A stretch of 64,000 bases of DNA from Candidatus Omnitrophota bacterium (GTDB lineage: Bacteria > Omnitrophota > Gorgyraeia > Zapsychrales > Fredricksoniimonadaceae), in contig CAIUQE010000049.1 in assembly GCA_903901225.1 (NCBI GenBank), positions 5,003 through 69,002 of the forward strand, in the 5' to 3' direction. This document shows positions 36,805 to 47,926 of the stretch, in pieces (position 1 is the first letter of the stretch; the number at the start of each line of letters is the position of its first letter). The translations under genes and the position numbers were made by a program. The notes below the pieces were generated by a model. That model was not told where the DNA came from, made no database searches, and saw only the letters and a program-made list of their open reading frames with translations.

Positions 36805-38178
36805 TTGTACATGATGCGTTATGGTCTGGAAGAAGCCAGGAAAAAGTTATTGCGGGATCTTGAAAAAGAAACCTCTGATCCCGCGGCCCCGCCATCGTTC
36901 CCGGTTGTCGTCCGGTTGAAACTTCCGGTCGTTGACATCGACCTTCTGCAATGGCTGCGGGGGCAGAAAGATGCCCGCAAGGTCTTCTGGCATTCGCCGG
37001 ATGAAGTTTTCACGGCGGCAGGTATCGGAGCCGCGTTCGAGGTTTCGGCGGAAGGATGGTCCGGGTTTGAGGAGGCGTGGGGTGATGTCCGGGAGTTCAT
37101 GGACGCGTGCCCCCAGGCCAGGCTTTTCACGGGGATGAGTTTCGCGCGCTCCATGACGGGGGCCGAGTGGCAGGGCTTTACGGCCCTCAAGTTCATTTGT
37201 CCGGCGGTCGAGCTTACGCGGGACCGGGAAGGTTGCTGGTTGGGTGTCAACGCGGTCCGGGGGCGGGATGGCGAGCCTTTTGGGCCGGTATCCCGCGCGA
37301 CGCTTGAAAACATGCGGTTCACGGAGCAGATATCCGATGAGGACGCGGTCACGCTCTTCCGTGAAGATGTCCCTGATTACGAGGATTGGCTCTGCTCGGC
37401 GGACGCTGTCCTCGGCGCGATGGAAAATGAAGGCGTGGAGAAGGTGGTCATGGCCCGCCGTACGACGTTCGGATTGCAGGGGCCGTTCTCACCGGAAAAT
37501 TCTCTCGCGATGTTCATGGAAGGGCAAAAGAAAGCTTTCATGTTCTCCTTCACGATCGACGGGAGGTCTTTTTTCGGTTCATCGTCAAAACTTTTGTACA
37601 GCCGCCGCGGTTTGCGCGTGCAAAGCCGTGCCATTGCCGGAGGCCGTCCGCGCGGGAAAGATCCTGCCGAGGATGATGAATTGCGCGCGGACCTTCTCAA
37701 GTCGGGCCAGGACCAGAATGAGCATCGCCTGGTGGCCAAGGCGATCATCGAGGTGTTCCGCGAATTTTGCCGTTCTTACCAGGTGGATTGTGAGCAGGAG
37801 GTCATGAAGCTGAAGCGTTATCAGCATTTGCTGATGAAAGTTTCGGGCGTGGCCAATGAAGGGATAACGGACAAAGAATTCCTCCTCGCGCTCCATCCGC
37901 CATCCATTGCCTGCGGTGTCCCGGCGGAAAAAGCCCGGATGTTCCTCCAGGAGTACGAGGTTTTTGACCGCGGCTGGTTTTCGGGGTCCGTAGGGTATTT
38001 GAGCCGTGAACAGGCCGAGTTCGCGGTCGTGACGCGGGGGTGCCTCCTGGAACAGGGCAAGCTCCATGGTTACGCGGGGGTCCCGTGCGTCAGGGGTGCT
38101 GACCCGTTTGCTTTGTGGGAGGCGGCGGCGGGTGAGATGAAGGTCAGCATGAACATTGTCCGGGGCGTCCGGGTTTGA
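36805..38178 (+). CDS. menF: Isochorismate synthase (menaquinone pathway context)
   Basis: Chorismate-binding C-terminal domain ...IAGGRPRGKDPAEDDELRADLLKSGQDQNEHRLV...GVP...FDRGWFSGSVGY. It is adjacent to ubiE/menG. Confidence 0.75.
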   Translation: MYMMRYGLEEARKKLLRDLEKETSDPAAPPSFPVVVRLKLPVVDIDLLQWLRGQKDARKVFWHSPDEVFTAAGIGAAFEVSAEGWSGFEEAWGDVREFMDACPQARLFTGMSFARSMTGAEWQGFTALKFICPAVELTRDREGCWLGVNAVRGRDGEPFGPVSRATLENMRFTEQISDEDAVTLFREDVPDYEDWLCSADAVLGAMENEGVEKVVMARRTTFGLQGPFSPENSLAMFMEGQKKAFMFSFTIDGRSFFGSSSKLLYSRRGLRVQSRAIAGGRPRGKDPAEDDELRADLLKSGQDQNEHRLVAKAIIEVFREFCRSYQVDCEQEVMKLKRYQHLLMKVSGVANEGITDKEFLLALHPPSIACGVPAEKARMFLQEYEVFDRGWFSGSVGYLSREQAEFAVVTRGCLLEQGKLHGYAGVPCVRGADPFALWEAAAGEMKVSMNIVRGVRV

Positions 38179-38197
38179 AAGGAAGGAACAATAAATT

Positions 38198-39316
38198 ATG
38201 ATCTCGCCAGCCATGATCCTTAACGCGCGGATCCTTGTCGTTGAAGACGACAAGATGAGCCGCAAGCTCCTTGTCAGGATACTGACATCGTCAGGGTTCA
38301 AGAATGTCCACGCGTTGCCGAATGCCACGCGCCTGCGCTCTTACTACGCGAAGTTCAAGCCCGATCTTCTGATCCTGGACCTTGTGTTGCCCGGCGGGGT
38401 GGACGGGTTCCAGGCCATGCAGTATTTGCGCGAGGACCACCCTGAAGATTATCTGCCGATCCTTGTCATATCGGCGGAAGCCCGCGACAAGGTGCATTTG
38501 CGCGCCCTGGCGTCCGGAGCCAAGGATTACCTGTCGAAACCCTATGACGCGCCCAAGGTGATCTTGCGCTGCCGCAACCTTATTGAAGTCCGCCTTCTTT
38601 ATGTGGCGTTGCAGGGCAAGAATGAGGAACTTGATGCCAAAGTGCGTGAACGCACCAGGGAACTGCGGGAGACGCGGCTCGATGTCGTACGGCGCCTGGG
38701 TTACGCGGCGGAATGCCGTGATACCGATACGGGGCAGCATATCGTGCGCATGAGCCGTTACTGCGCCTGCCTCGCGCGCGCCATGGGCATGTCGGATGAA
38801 GAGTGTGACCTTGTCCTGGCCACCTCGCCACTGCATGACATCGGCAAGATCGCCATCGCGGACAGGATACTTCTCAAGACGGGGCCGCTGACCCCCGAGG
38901 AATTCGCCGTCATGAAAACACATACCACGATCGGCGCGGAGATCCTTTCGGGGGGGAATTCGTTGTTCCTGAAGATGGCCGAGGAGATCGCCCGGACGCA
39001 TCATGAACATTGGGACGGGAAAGGTTATCCTGACGGGCTCAAAGGCGACGAGATCCCCCTTGTCGGAAGGATATGTGCCGTGTCAGACGTGTTCGATGCC
39101 CTCACCTCCGCGCGCCCATATAAACAAGCCTGGTCAGTGGACGACGCTGTTAAAGAGATCAAAAAAATGAGCGGCAAAAATTTTGACCCCGCGGTGGTGG
39201 ATGTTTTTACGGCGATCCTGCCGGATATCTGTTCGATCAAAAAGGACGTGGACGCGATGGTCGGCCGGGTCGCGCGGGAAGTGAAGGCCAAGTTTTTATT
39301 GACAGATCCCCGCTGA
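38198..39316 (+). CDS. Two-component response regulator with an HD-GYP c-di-GMP phosphodiesterase output domain (RpfG-like)
   Basis: REC: ILVVEDDKMSRKL...LLILDLVLPGGVDGF. HD-GYP: SPLHDIGKIAI ... HHEHWDGKGYPDGLKG. Confidence 0.85.
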   Translation: MISPAMILNARILVVEDDKMSRKLLVRILTSSGFKNVHALPNATRLRSYYAKFKPDLLILDLVLPGGVDGFQAMQYLREDHPEDYLPILVISAEARDKVHLRALASGAKDYLSKPYDAPKVILRCRNLIEVRLLYVALQGKNEELDAKVRERTRELRETRLDVVRRLGYAAECRDTDTGQHIVRMSRYCACLARAMGMSDEECDLVLATSPLHDIGKIAIADRILLKTGPLTPEEFAVMKTHTTIGAEILSGGNSLFLKMAEEIARTHHEHWDGKGYPDGLKGDEIPLVGRICAVSDVFDALTSARPYKQAWSVDDAVKEIKKMSGKNFDPAVVDVFTAILPDICSIKKDVDAMVGRVAREVKAKFLLTDPR

Positions 39317-39395
39317 TTCCCTTGCATTAGCAAAAACGTGACTATATAATAAAAAATCGTTGGGATAAATCCGCAAAATTACGGGGAGGTCGCTG

Positions 39396-40715
39396 ATGGA
39401 ACATCATTCTCAGGCAGGTCAGCCCGCGAAGCTCATCCTTGACGGGAACACGTTCGAGCTTCCCGTGGTGGTGGGGTCCGAGGGCGAAAAAGGGATCGAC
39501 ATCTCCAAACTCAGGGGGCAGACCAATTATGTCACCCTTGACCACGGTTTTGGCAATACCTCCAACTGCGAGAGCGCGATCACTTACCTCGACGGTGACG
39601 CTGGCATCCTGCGTTACCGCGGGTATCCCATTGAACAGCTGGCCGAGAACACCAGTTTCCTGGAAGTGGCCCACTTGCTGATCTACGGCGAGCTTCCGAC
39701 CGCGGATGAGTTGAGCCATCTATCCGAACGTTTCACCGAACATTCCATGCTCCACGAGGACATGAAGAGATTTTTTAACGGGTTCCCTTCTTCGGCGCAT
39801 CCCATGGCGGTCTTGGCGTCGATGATATGCTCCCTCTCGGCATTCCATCCCGGGATCGACATGACGAACCCGACAGGGGAGGATTTTAACCGCATCGCGG
39901 CGCAGCTCATGTCCAAGGTGCGCACGATCGTCGCCTTCGCCCATAAGAAATCGATAGGCGAGCCGTTCATTTATCCGCGCGGCGACCTGGAGTATGTGCC
40001 GAACCTCCTGAACATGATGTTCTCCTCACCGACCAAGGAATACAAGATCTACGATGAGGTCGTTCAGGCGATGAAGGTCCTTTTCATCCTGCACGCCGAC
40101 CATGAGCAGAATTGCTCGACATCGACGGTGCGCCTTGTCGGCAGCGCCAGGACGAACCTTTTTGCCTCGGTCTCCGCCGGTATCTGCGCGTTGTGGGGCC
40201 CGTTGCACGGCGGGGCGAACGAGGAGGTTATCCACATGCTGGAGATGATCCACAAGGATGGCGGCGGCATCGACAAATACATCGACATGGCCAAGGATAA
40301 GACCAAGAACTTTCGCCTGATGGGCGTCGGCCACCGTGTTTACAAGAGTTACGACCCCCGCGCGAAGATCATCAAGCAGTGCGTCCATGACCTTCTGGGA
40401 AAGCTGGGGATCGACGATCCTTTATTGGAGATCGCGATCAAGCTCGAGGAGCGCGTTCTTAAAGATCCGTATTTCGTGGAACGCAATCTTTATCCGAACG
40501 TCGATTTCTATAGCGGCCTCATTTATAAGGCCATCGGCATCCCCAAGGACATGTTCACGGTCATGTTCGCCATCGGCCGCATGCCGGGTTGGATCGCCCA
40601 CTGGAAAGAGATGATGGAAGTTCCCGGCGGCAGCAAGATCGGCCGTCCGCGCCAGATCTATGTCGGGCCAACGAAGCGTGATTATGTGCCTATCATCAAG
40701 AGGGGGTTGGCGTGA
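39396..40715 (+). CDS. gltA: Citrate synthase
   Basis: Type II citrate synthase signatures GYRGY, LHGGANE and MGVGHRVYK. 439 aa. RBS GGGGAGG. Confidence 0.9.
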   Translation: MEHHSQAGQPAKLILDGNTFELPVVVGSEGEKGIDISKLRGQTNYVTLDHGFGNTSNCESAITYLDGDAGILRYRGYPIEQLAENTSFLEVAHLLIYGELPTADELSHLSERFTEHSMLHEDMKRFFNGFPSSAHPMAVLASMICSLSAFHPGIDMTNPTGEDFNRIAAQLMSKVRTIVAFAHKKSIGEPFIYPRGDLEYVPNLLNMMFSSPTKEYKIYDEVVQAMKVLFILHADHEQNCSTSTVRLVGSARTNLFASVSAGICALWGPLHGGANEEVIHMLEMIHKDGGGIDKYIDMAKDKTKNFRLMGVGHRVYKSYDPRAKIIKQCVHDLLGKLGIDDPLLEIAIKLEERVLKDPYFVERNLYPNVDFYSGLIYKAIGIPKDMFTVMFAIGRMPGWIAHWKEMMEVPGGSKIGRPRQIYVGPTKRDYVPIIKRGLA

Positions 40716-42163
40716 TCAGATTTTCTTCCCATGCGACATTCAGGCATCCCGCGGCGCTTGTCCTGTTGACGGCGTCACAGGCTAAAACGAAAAAGTTCAA
40801 GGCGGCCCCGGCGGAAATTGCCGCGGCCGTTACCGAGGCGCTGGCCCAGGAGCGTTTTGAAGGCGGTAAGGGGGAGTTATTCCCTGTGGTGGCCGATAAA
40901 CGCCTTGTCGTCCTTCTTGGCCTGGGGAAGGAAGAAGAGCTGACACTCTCATCCTTGCGCGTGCTTGTGCGCAGGGCGCTTTTGTCGGCGTATTTCAAGA
41001 AAGCCGCGGATATCGAATTGCTGCCGCATCGGGACAGCGTTGAGGTGGTCCAGGCTATCATTGACGCCCAGATCATCGGTACGTATGCCTGGAAGAAATA
41101 CGTCACAAAGAAAAAGGATGACAAGACCGTTGAAAAAAAGACGGTCCATGTTGTTGCCGCCTCCAATGATGGCTACGCCGAAGCGGTCGCCATCAATGAG
41201 GCGGTCAATTTTACGCGTGATCTGATCAATGAGAACGCGGATGTGACGACGGCTGAATTCCTTGAAACCACGGCCCGCGCGCTGATCCACGGCAAGGCAG
41301 GCGTCACGATCGAGGTCCTTGACCGCAAGAAACTGCGGCAGAAGAATTTTGGACTTCTGCTTGCGGTCAATAAGGGCAGTGCCCATGAGCCGCGGGTCGT
41401 TACTGTCAGGTATAACGGTGGAAAAAAGAACGATCCTTATATCGCTTTTGTCGGCAAGGGGCTCACGTTCGATTCCGGCGGACTTAACTTGAAACCATCA
41501 GGGAGCATGGAGACCATGCGTTCCGATATGAGTGGCGCCGCCTCTGTGCTGGGCGCGCTGAAGGCGACCCTGGCGCTCAAGCTGAAAAAGAATGTTATTT
41601 TTGCGTTTGGCGCGGCGGAAAACGCTATCGATGCCAATTCCTATAAGCCCGGAGATGTTTTCGTGGGTTATGCCGGTAAATCGGTCGAGATCGGTAATAC
41701 GGATGCCGAAGGGCGGCTTGTTTTGGCCGACGTCATCGCTTATGTCATCGATGTTCATAAGCCTTCGCGCCTCGTTGATCTTGCCACGCTCACCGGGGCA
41801 TGCGTCGTCGGTCTGGGGAATGATTACGCGGGGCTTATGTCCAACAATGATGATCTTGCCGCCTTAGTGGCGGCATCCGCCGAGCTGACCGATGACAGGG
41901 CCTGGCGTTTGCCTCTTTATCCCGAGTTGAAGGACATGATCAAGTCCAAGATCGCGGATATCAAAAATATCAGCAACCAGCGGGGTTCCGCGGGCGCCAT
42001 GACCGCGGCGGAATTCCTGCATAGCTTTGTCGGGAAGACCCCGTGGGCGCATCTGGATATCGCGGGGCCTTCGTTCGTTGACGGTGACAGCCGGATGTAC
42101 TATGGCCACGGGGCCACGGGTTACGGCGTGCGCCTGTGCGTGGACCTGATTAAAAAGAGCTGA
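40712..42163 (+). CDS. pepA: Leucyl aminopeptidase (M17 family)
   Basis: NTDAEGRL signature and [14 protein letters not shown] start overlapping the gltA stop. Confidence 0.85.
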   Translation: MIRFSSHATFRHPAALVLLTASQAKTKKFKAAPAEIAAAVTEALAQERFEGGKGELFPVVADKRLVVLLGLGKEEELTLSSLRVLVRRALLSAYFKKAADIELLPHRDSVEVVQAIIDAQIIGTYAWKKYVTKKKDDKTVEKKTVHVVAASNDGYAEAVAINEAVNFTRDLINENADVTTAEFLETTARALIHGKAGVTIEVLDRKKLRQKNFGLLLAVNKGSAHEPRVVTVRYNGGKKNDPYIAFVGKGLTFDSGGLNLKPSGSMETMRSDMSGAASVLGALKATLALKLKKNVIFAFGAAENAIDANSYKPGDVFVGYAGKSVEIGNTDAEGRLVLADVIAYVIDVHKPSRLVDLATLTGACVVGLGNDYAGLMSNNDDLAALVAASAELTDDRAWRLPLYPELKDMIKSKIADIKNISNQRGSAGAMTAAEFLHSFVGKTPWAHLDIAGPSFVDGDSRMYYGHGATGYGVRLCVDLIKKS

Positions 42164-42164
42164 C

Positions 42165-43553
42165 ATGGAATATCGTATCGAATCCGACAGCATGGGTGAG
42201 GTGAAGGTCCCGGCGGATATGTTTTACGGGGCGCAGACCCAAAGGTCCCGCGAGAATTTCCGTATTGGCGGAGAAACCTTTCCTCCAGAGTTCATTAAAG
42301 CGCTGGCGCTTGTTAAAAAGGCTTCCGCCCTGGCCAATGCCCGTCTCGGATGCCTTGACCCCAAAATAGCCGACGCCATTGTCGTTGCCGCTGATGAGGT
42401 TATCCGCGGGGAACACGCGGCGCATTTTCCGCTGGTCATATGGCAGACCGGCAGCGGGACCCAGACCAACATGAACGTCAATGAGGTCATTGCCAACCGC
42501 GCCTGCGCGATCATGGGCGGTGTGATGGGGAAGAAAACGCCGGTCCATCCGAATGACCATGTCAATAAAGGCCAGTCTTCCAACGATGTTTTTCCGACCG
42601 CCATGCATATCGCGGCAGCGGAAGCTGTCCATGCGACGTTGATCCCCGCTTTGACAGGATTGTTGGCTGTTGTGGAACACAAGGCGGCGGCTTTTAAGGA
42701 TATCGTCAAAATAGGGCGGACCCATTTGATGGATGCCACGCCGTTGACCCTGGGGCAGGAGTTCTCGGGTTATGCCCGGCAGGTTGCCAATGGTATTGAG
42801 CGGCTGAACGCGGCCTGGCCCCGCCTGATGGAACTGCCGCTGGGCGGGACGGCGGTAGGAACTGGCCTGAACACACACAGAGATTTTTCAGTGATCGCCA
42901 TTGGCGTGATCGCGGAGGGTTCGCATTTGCCGTTCGTTCCCGGGCGTAACCAGTTTGAGGGGCTTGCCGCGCATGATGCCATGGTCGAGCTTTCCGGCGC
43001 GCTCAAGACCATTGCCTGCTCGTTGATGAAGATCGCCAATGATGTGCGCTGGATGGCCTCCGGCCCGCGTTGCGGCATCGGGGAAATTGATATTCCCGAG
43101 AATGAGCCGGGGAGTTCCATCATGCCTGGCAAGGTCAACCCCACCCAATGCGAAGCTTTGACCATGGTTTGCGTTCAGGTGATGGGCAATGACACCGCGG
43201 TCACCTTTGCCGGCGCGTCGGGGAATTTTGAGCTCAATGTCTATAAGCCGGTCATCATTTCCAATATTTTGCGTTCCATCCGGCTTCTTTCCGACGCCGC
43301 ACAGAGTTTTACGGAAAATTGTCTTAAGGGTCTTGAGGCCAACGAGGCGCGTATTAACGAGCATTTGCAAAATTCCCTGATGCTTGTGACGGCCCTCGCG
43401 CCGCATATCGGTTATGATAAAGCCGCCAAAGTCGCCAAAAAAGCTCACGTTGAGAACAAGACGCTCAAGGCCGCGTCCATTGAGCTTGGTTTTGTCACGG
43501 CCGAGGAGTTTGACCGTTTTGTTCAGCCCGCTCAAATGACACGACCCGAGTGA
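42165..43553 (+). CDS. fumC: Class II fumarate hydratase
   Basis: [16 protein letters not shown] signature. 462 aa. Confidence 0.9.
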   Translation: MEYRIESDSMGEVKVPADMFYGAQTQRSRENFRIGGETFPPEFIKALALVKKASALANARLGCLDPKIADAIVVAADEVIRGEHAAHFPLVIWQTGSGTQTNMNVNEVIANRACAIMGGVMGKKTPVHPNDHVNKGQSSNDVFPTAMHIAAAEAVHATLIPALTGLLAVVEHKAAAFKDIVKIGRTHLMDATPLTLGQEFSGYARQVANGIERLNAAWPRLMELPLGGTAVGTGLNTHRDFSVIAIGVIAEGSHLPFVPGRNQFEGLAAHDAMVELSGALKTIACSLMKIANDVRWMASGPRCGIGEIDIPENEPGSSIMPGKVNPTQCEALTMVCVQVMGNDTAVTFAGASGNFELNVYKPVIISNILRSIRLLSDAAQSFTENCLKGLEANEARINEHLQNSLMLVTALAPHIGYDKAAKVAKKAHVENKTLKAASIELGFVTAEEFDRFVQPAQMTRPE

Positions 43554-43566
43554 TCCCAGAGGCCTT

Positions 43567-43923
43567 ATGCCAAAGAAAACCGCCCAGAAAAAGATCCCTG
43601 AACGCCGCGATGGTTGCCGTATCAATCGTATTGTGGCCGTGAGCCATCGCTTGGCTGTCGCCAGGAAGAACAAACCCCTGGCGGCTTGGAGCCTTTCGAC
43701 GACGAAGAACATGAGCCACAGCGGCCTTTTGTTCGTGAGCGCCGTCCCGTACCGCAAGAATGCTGTCCTTGAGCTTCAGGTCGTCATGTCAGGGATCATC
43801 GATCTTTATAACGGGCAGGCCATGGTGATGCGCGTCCAAGAGGTCGGCAATACCTTGTTCGAGATCGGCGTTAAATTCCTTCCATCAAGACAGCCGGCGC
43901 GCCGCGCGAAGGCGTATCGTTGA
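43567..43923 (+). CDS. PilZ-domain c-di-GMP binding protein
   Basis: RRxxxR-like ERRDGCRINR, and a downstream D.S.GG-like TTKNMSHSGLLF. Confidence 0.6.
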   Translation: MPKKTAQKKIPERRDGCRINRIVAVSHRLAVARKNKPLAAWSLSTTKNMSHSGLLFVSAVPYRKNAVLELQVVMSGIIDLYNGQAMVMRVQEVGNTLFEIGVKFLPSRQPARRAKAYR

Positions 43924-44070
43924 TGAAGTTTCCCTCCTTATGAATGTTGATGGGCTGAGGTACTTTTTTCCCTGAAAATATGAAGTTAGGAGGGGAGAGT
44001 TTATTTCATATCCCCGTTAGTCGTTCAAAGGGCGTTACCTGACCGGTCGGTATACCTTAAGGGGACGTTT

Positions 44071-44463
44071 GTGAAAGCAACACATGTGATCCTTGTGCTT
44101 ACAAGTTTGTTACTAGTGCTTGTATTGGATGAGGTGGTAATAAGAATTTCTAGTAATTTTGTTCCAAAGTACGATATCGAGATGACGCGGCACGCTACTC
44201 TCTTAAAGGTAACGAGTTTGGATCAAGATCAAGGTTATTATCATGGAAAAAATGCCAAAGCTCATTTAATGGGAGTGGATATAGTTACGAATTCTTTGGG
44301 TTTGCGTGATATTTTTGGGAAAGACAACTGTTTAGTTTATTATAAAAAGCTTTATAAAGATTCAAACCTTGGATGGGCGCGGTGCAAAGGTGCTATGTGG
44401 GAATTGTATAATTTCTGCATGAAGAAAAAAGTTCTTGATGATTTTTATCCTGGAGTTTCATGA
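44071..44463 (+). CDS. Hypothetical small membrane-anchored protein (GTG start). Its N-terminal anchor resembles the island's SGNH-like family.
   Basis: Hydrophobic N-terminus VILVLTSLLLVLVLDEVVIRI (compare the LLEVGxRL anchors of ORFs 46126, 50864, 58423 and 59860). This is the first gene of the AT-rich island. Confidence 0.35.
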   Translation: MKATHVILVLTSLLLVLVLDEVVIRISSNFVPKYDIEMTRHATLLKVTSLDQDQGYYHGKNAKAHLMGVDIVTNSLGLRDIFGKDNCLVYYKKLYKDSNLGWARCKGAMWELYNFCMKKKVLDDFYPGVS

Positions 44464-44563
44464 TCTAAGCGATTTTTATTCGTTTTAACGGTAGCATGAG
44501 CGGGTTGGGGATTTTATCAATATAAGATCGATAAGGGACTGCTGGAATAAGGTTTTTTGAAAT

Positions 44564-46129
44564 ATGTCGACAAAAAGACCGGGACATTTCTCTGGCGAAG
44601 TGAAGAAAATATTTTCCGGTGATATTTATCTGGTCTTGATCTTATTCATGGCCGTGGCGCTGCGATTTTATGGCATCCAGAATAAAGGATTGTGGGCGGA
44701 TGACGCGTATGGCGTAAGCTTTATTTCCTATCCATGGCATGATCTGTGGGGCCATCGTTATCTTAACCGGCCGCTATATTTTGTTTTTTTGAAACTGTGG
44801 AGTGGTTTATTTGGTGTTGGGGAATTTTCTCTCCGATTCCCATCTGTTGTTTTCGGTGCGCTTTCCGTGCCTGCCTTATATCGTCTGGGGAATATGCTTT
44901 TCGATAGGAAGACCGCTTTGATCGCGGCATTCCTGCTCGCGGTTTCGCCGTTTCATATCTACTGGTCTCAAGAAGTCCGCAATCTTTCGCTCGCCGTCCT
45001 CTTATTCCTGGTCAATATGTGTTTTTTCTTTAGTTTGATCAAGTTTAAGGAAAAGAAGCATTATCTTGGACATGCGGTCAGTGGCATTGCTTTATTTTAT
45101 GCCCATCCGATGGGGTTGTATTTGATGCCTCTCCAATATTTATTTTGCCTGCTGGCGTTCGATAAAACCCGATTGCTCAATGACCTAAAACACTGGATCA
45201 TTTTATTGGTAGCCATGTTGCCCGTTATTTTTCTTTGTTTGGATGATCACGGCAAAAACATGTTTGTTTATTTGCACAGGTCACTTTTCCAAATATTCGA
45301 GGCTTTTAATTTTGGCGGACCTTGTCAGGCGCATGGCCAGTCTGGTTTTTTGATCCCTGCGGGCCAGCTTGTTATTCCCCGGGTGCTTGATGTTCTGTTT
45401 TTATGCTTCTTTTTCTTGGGGTTTAAGATCTTGCTCGAGAGAGGAAGGTCGCCTGATAACAAAGATGTTCGTAATAAAACAATATTTTTGTCATTGTGGC
45501 TGGCGATCCCGCTCTTGTTCCCGTTTTTTTTATTGAGGCATACTGTTATTGCTTTGCCGGCCTATTATTTGATCGTGGCCTTGGGTTTTGCTTCTATCAG
45601 GAACAGGGGAATTTTCATGATGGTTTTTATCATAATATCGGTTCCCTTGGGCTTTGCGTTACGCAATTATTATCATCTTGGGAGTGCAAGGGTTTCTTGG
45701 AGAGAGGCGGGGCCCTATGTGCATAGAAATATTCAAAAGAATGATGTGGTTGTATTCGTTCCCACGGATCAGATGCCGCCTTTTTTCTATTATTTTAGTG
45801 ATAAGCCAGATGGGAAAGTGATCAAGTATATTGACAGAAAAGGATATTGGACAGGAAGTGGTTTTAAGCGTCAGTTTTGGGTCGCAGATAATCTTTATGT
45901 AGGGGTTGATCTGTTCGCAGAAAAAGTTTTTATTAATGCAAACCCGTTGGCCCTTTTCGCACAACAGAAACGAAGTGTATGGCTTGTGATATCGCCATAC
46001 TGGTTTGGCGTGGATCCGGGAGTTATTCAAACGTATTTTGAACAATATTACAGCCAGGATTCACGCATGATCCTGGATTATAATGGTGTCGAAGTGCGTC
46101 ATTATCAGCCAAAGGCCGGTGTAAATTGA
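44564..46129 (+). CDS. GT-C fold membrane glycosyltransferase (ArnT / GT39-GT83 dolichyl-phosphate-mannose-protein mannosyltransferase-like)
   Basis: About 11 TM helices, with the PMT/ArnT N-terminal motif region ...WADDAYGVSF...RPLYFVFLKLWSGLFG.SEFSLRFPSVVFGALSVPALY... It is paired with a GT2 polyprenol-phosphate sugar transferase downstream. Confidence 0.7.
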   Translation: MSTKRPGHFSGEVKKIFSGDIYLVLILFMAVALRFYGIQNKGLWADDAYGVSFISYPWHDLWGHRYLNRPLYFVFLKLWSGLFGVGEFSLRFPSVVFGALSVPALYRLGNMLFDRKTALIAAFLLAVSPFHIYWSQEVRNLSLAVLLFLVNMCFFFSLIKFKEKKHYLGHAVSGIALFYAHPMGLYLMPLQYLFCLLAFDKTRLLNDLKHWIILLVAMLPVIFLCLDDHGKNMFVYLHRSLFQIFEAFNFGGPCQAHGQSGFLIPAGQLVIPRVLDVLFLCFFFLGFKILLERGRSPDNKDVRNKTIFLSLWLAIPLLFPFFLLRHTVIALPAYYLIVALGFASIRNRGIFMMVFIIISVPLGFALRNYYHLGSARVSWREAGPYVHRNIQKNDVVVFVPTDQMPPFFYYFSDKPDGKVIKYIDRKGYWTGSGFKRQFWVADNLYVGVDLFAEKVFINANPLALFAQQKRSVWLVISPYWFGVDPGVIQTYFEQYYSQDSRMILDYNGVEVRHYQPKAGVN

Positions 46130-47127
46130 AAAGCATCCTTTTAAAAGTCAGTCTTATTCTTTTGGTTATAATCATTTCATTTCTATGCCTGGAGTGTTGC
46201 CTGAGGTTGTTCCCTTTGAAGCGGTCTGCATATCCGATTGATGCTTTTGAGTATGATGCCGCGTGTATGGTGAGTTTCAAGAAAGATCTGAACCGTTTCA
46301 TAACTACGGATTATCAGCAAGAACTTCATACAAATATGCTGAGGACGGTAAACTTTCAAGAAGATTTCTCCGGTTATCAGGATTTAATATTTGCTTTGGG
46401 AGATTCTTACACACATGGGACGGGTTTGCCTGTTGACGCTGCCTATCCCTTTCAGCTAGATCTAATGTTAAATTTTAATAACGGAGTTTATACAAAGAGA
46501 TACGGCGTTGTAAATTTAGGCCATGATGGGATAGGCGGAAAACAAGCGCTCTGTATCCTTAAGAAATACTCAGCCTGCCTTAAAAACCCAAGATTTATTT
46601 TATATCAGGGGTGTGATAATGATTATATTGATGATTTTGTCTATTCAGAATTAGCTCAAGTTATGCCTTTTTCTGGGAATCCTCGTGTCACCGGGGTCCT
46701 GCAGTGGTTTGTGGAGCATTCTGAAACCGTTGCTACTTTGTATAAAGTGTATTTTGGTCATTACAGGAATCAAATCGCAAACCATATTCGATTTTCTAAT
46801 AGGGGGGCCTTGCAGGAGCCTGTGCTTAATGAATTGAAAGCATTGGCGGATACGTTGAATGCCAGGCTCATTATTACATGGGCGGATATTTACTCTGAAG
46901 ATGCCTATTATTGGGTAAGATCCTGGGCAGAAAAGCATGACGTATTGTTTGCCGACTGGGCAAAGGGCGTTAAGTCAACGGAACATGAGTTATCAGGTAT
47001 TCCCTTGAAGAACCATCATTCTGCCGGGCATTACAGGACTTGGGTGAACTATATTATTGCAAGATCATTTGAGGATAAGATTAAACAGGTCAATGATCAA
47101 GTATTAACTGGTAATAAGGGCCTTTAA
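46126..47127 (+). CDS. SGNH/GDSL-like hydrolase family protein, N-terminally membrane-anchored (TTG start)
   Basis: Anchor LILLVIIISFLCLECCLRLF, and a GDS-block ALGDSYTHGTGLP. Confidence 0.6.
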   Translation: MKSILLKVSLILLVIIISFLCLECCLRLFPLKRSAYPIDAFEYDAACMVSFKKDLNRFITTDYQQELHTNMLRTVNFQEDFSGYQDLIFALGDSYTHGTGLPVDAAYPFQLDLMLNFNNGVYTKRYGVVNLGHDGIGGKQALCILKKYSACLKNPRFILYQGCDNDYIDDFVYSELAQVMPFSGNPRVTGVLQWFVEHSETVATLYKVYFGHYRNQIANHIRFSNRGALQEPVLNELKALADTLNARLIITWADIYSEDAYYWVRSWAEKHDVLFADWAKGVKSTEHELSGIPLKNHHSAGHYRTWVNYIIARSFEDKIKQVNDQVLTGNKGL

Positions 47128-47873
47128 TGGATCTGAGCGTCATTATTCCTGTTTATAACGAGGCATCAAGCATCCGGCCCCTCTATGAGGAGCTCAACAG
47201 GGTGCTCCCAGAGCTCTTCGGGCTTAATTATGAAATTATATTTATCAATGATGGCAGTGAAGACGCGACGGCTTCGCAAGTCGCGGGGGTTATGAAAAAC
47301 GATAGTCGTGTATATTTAATATCATTTACAAGGCACTTTGGGTTAAGTGCCGGGTTAGCCGCAGGGTTTGAGTTTGCCAAAGGTGAAGTGTTCGTTTCCA
47401 TGGACGGAGATCTTCAACATGATCCTCAAGATATTCCCAGGTTGTTGCATGAATTGCATAAGGGTTATGATCTGGTGTGCGGCAATAGAAAGATGCCCCG
47501 GTACACGTCATTTACAAGAAATTTATGCTCGCTTTCTGCAAACTACATCGGGCGGATATTTTTTGGAGTGCCTATCCATGATCTTAGTACGACGTTCAGG
47601 GCTTACAGGTCTGCCACGCTGAAAAGCCTGCTGATATTCAATGGTGCTCACCGGTTTATCCCCGTTCTGGCTTGGATGAATAATTTTAAGATCAGTGAAG
47701 TTGTCGTTTCTTATAGATTAAGGCAACACGGATATTCGAAAGTTCGGATCATTCCGCGGTTATTCAAGGTTGTATATGATGCCATCTTGATCAGGATTAG
47801 TTTTTTTTGTGTTAAATCTTGCAGGGGCATTTTCTTCAAGAAAGTCCAATATGACATTCAATACAAACATTAA
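47127..47873 (+). CDS. GT2 family glycosyltransferase, polyprenol-phosphate sugar synthase type (ArnC/DPM1-like)
   Basis: VIIPVYNEASSI..., DGSEDAT, and the DxD region SMDGDLQHDP. 248 aa. Confidence 0.8.
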   Translation: MDLSVIIPVYNEASSIRPLYEELNRVLPELFGLNYEIIFINDGSEDATASQVAGVMKNDSRVYLISFTRHFGLSAGLAAGFEFAKGEVFVSMDGDLQHDPQDIPRLLHELHKGYDLVCGNRKMPRYTSFTRNLCSLSANYIGRIFFGVPIHDLSTTFRAYRSATLKSLLIFNGAHRFIPVLAWMNNFKISEVVVSYRLRQHGYSKVRIIPRLFKVVYDAILIRISFFCVKSCRGIFFKKVQYDIQYKH

Positions 47874-47926
47874 ACGGGCTCTGTGAGCGCGCATTGTTTT
47901 TTAGTGGTAAATGGGCCAGGTGAATA

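Noticed and set aside
38291-39010. 239-aa minus-strand ORF antisense to the HD-GYP regulator
   Set aside because: It overlaps a gene with clear REC and HD-GYP motifs, so it is an antisense artefact.
42150-43757. Two long minus-strand ORFs (42150-42878, 42888-43757) antisense to fumC
   Set aside because: The fumC identification is unambiguous. The antisense translations are low-complexity.
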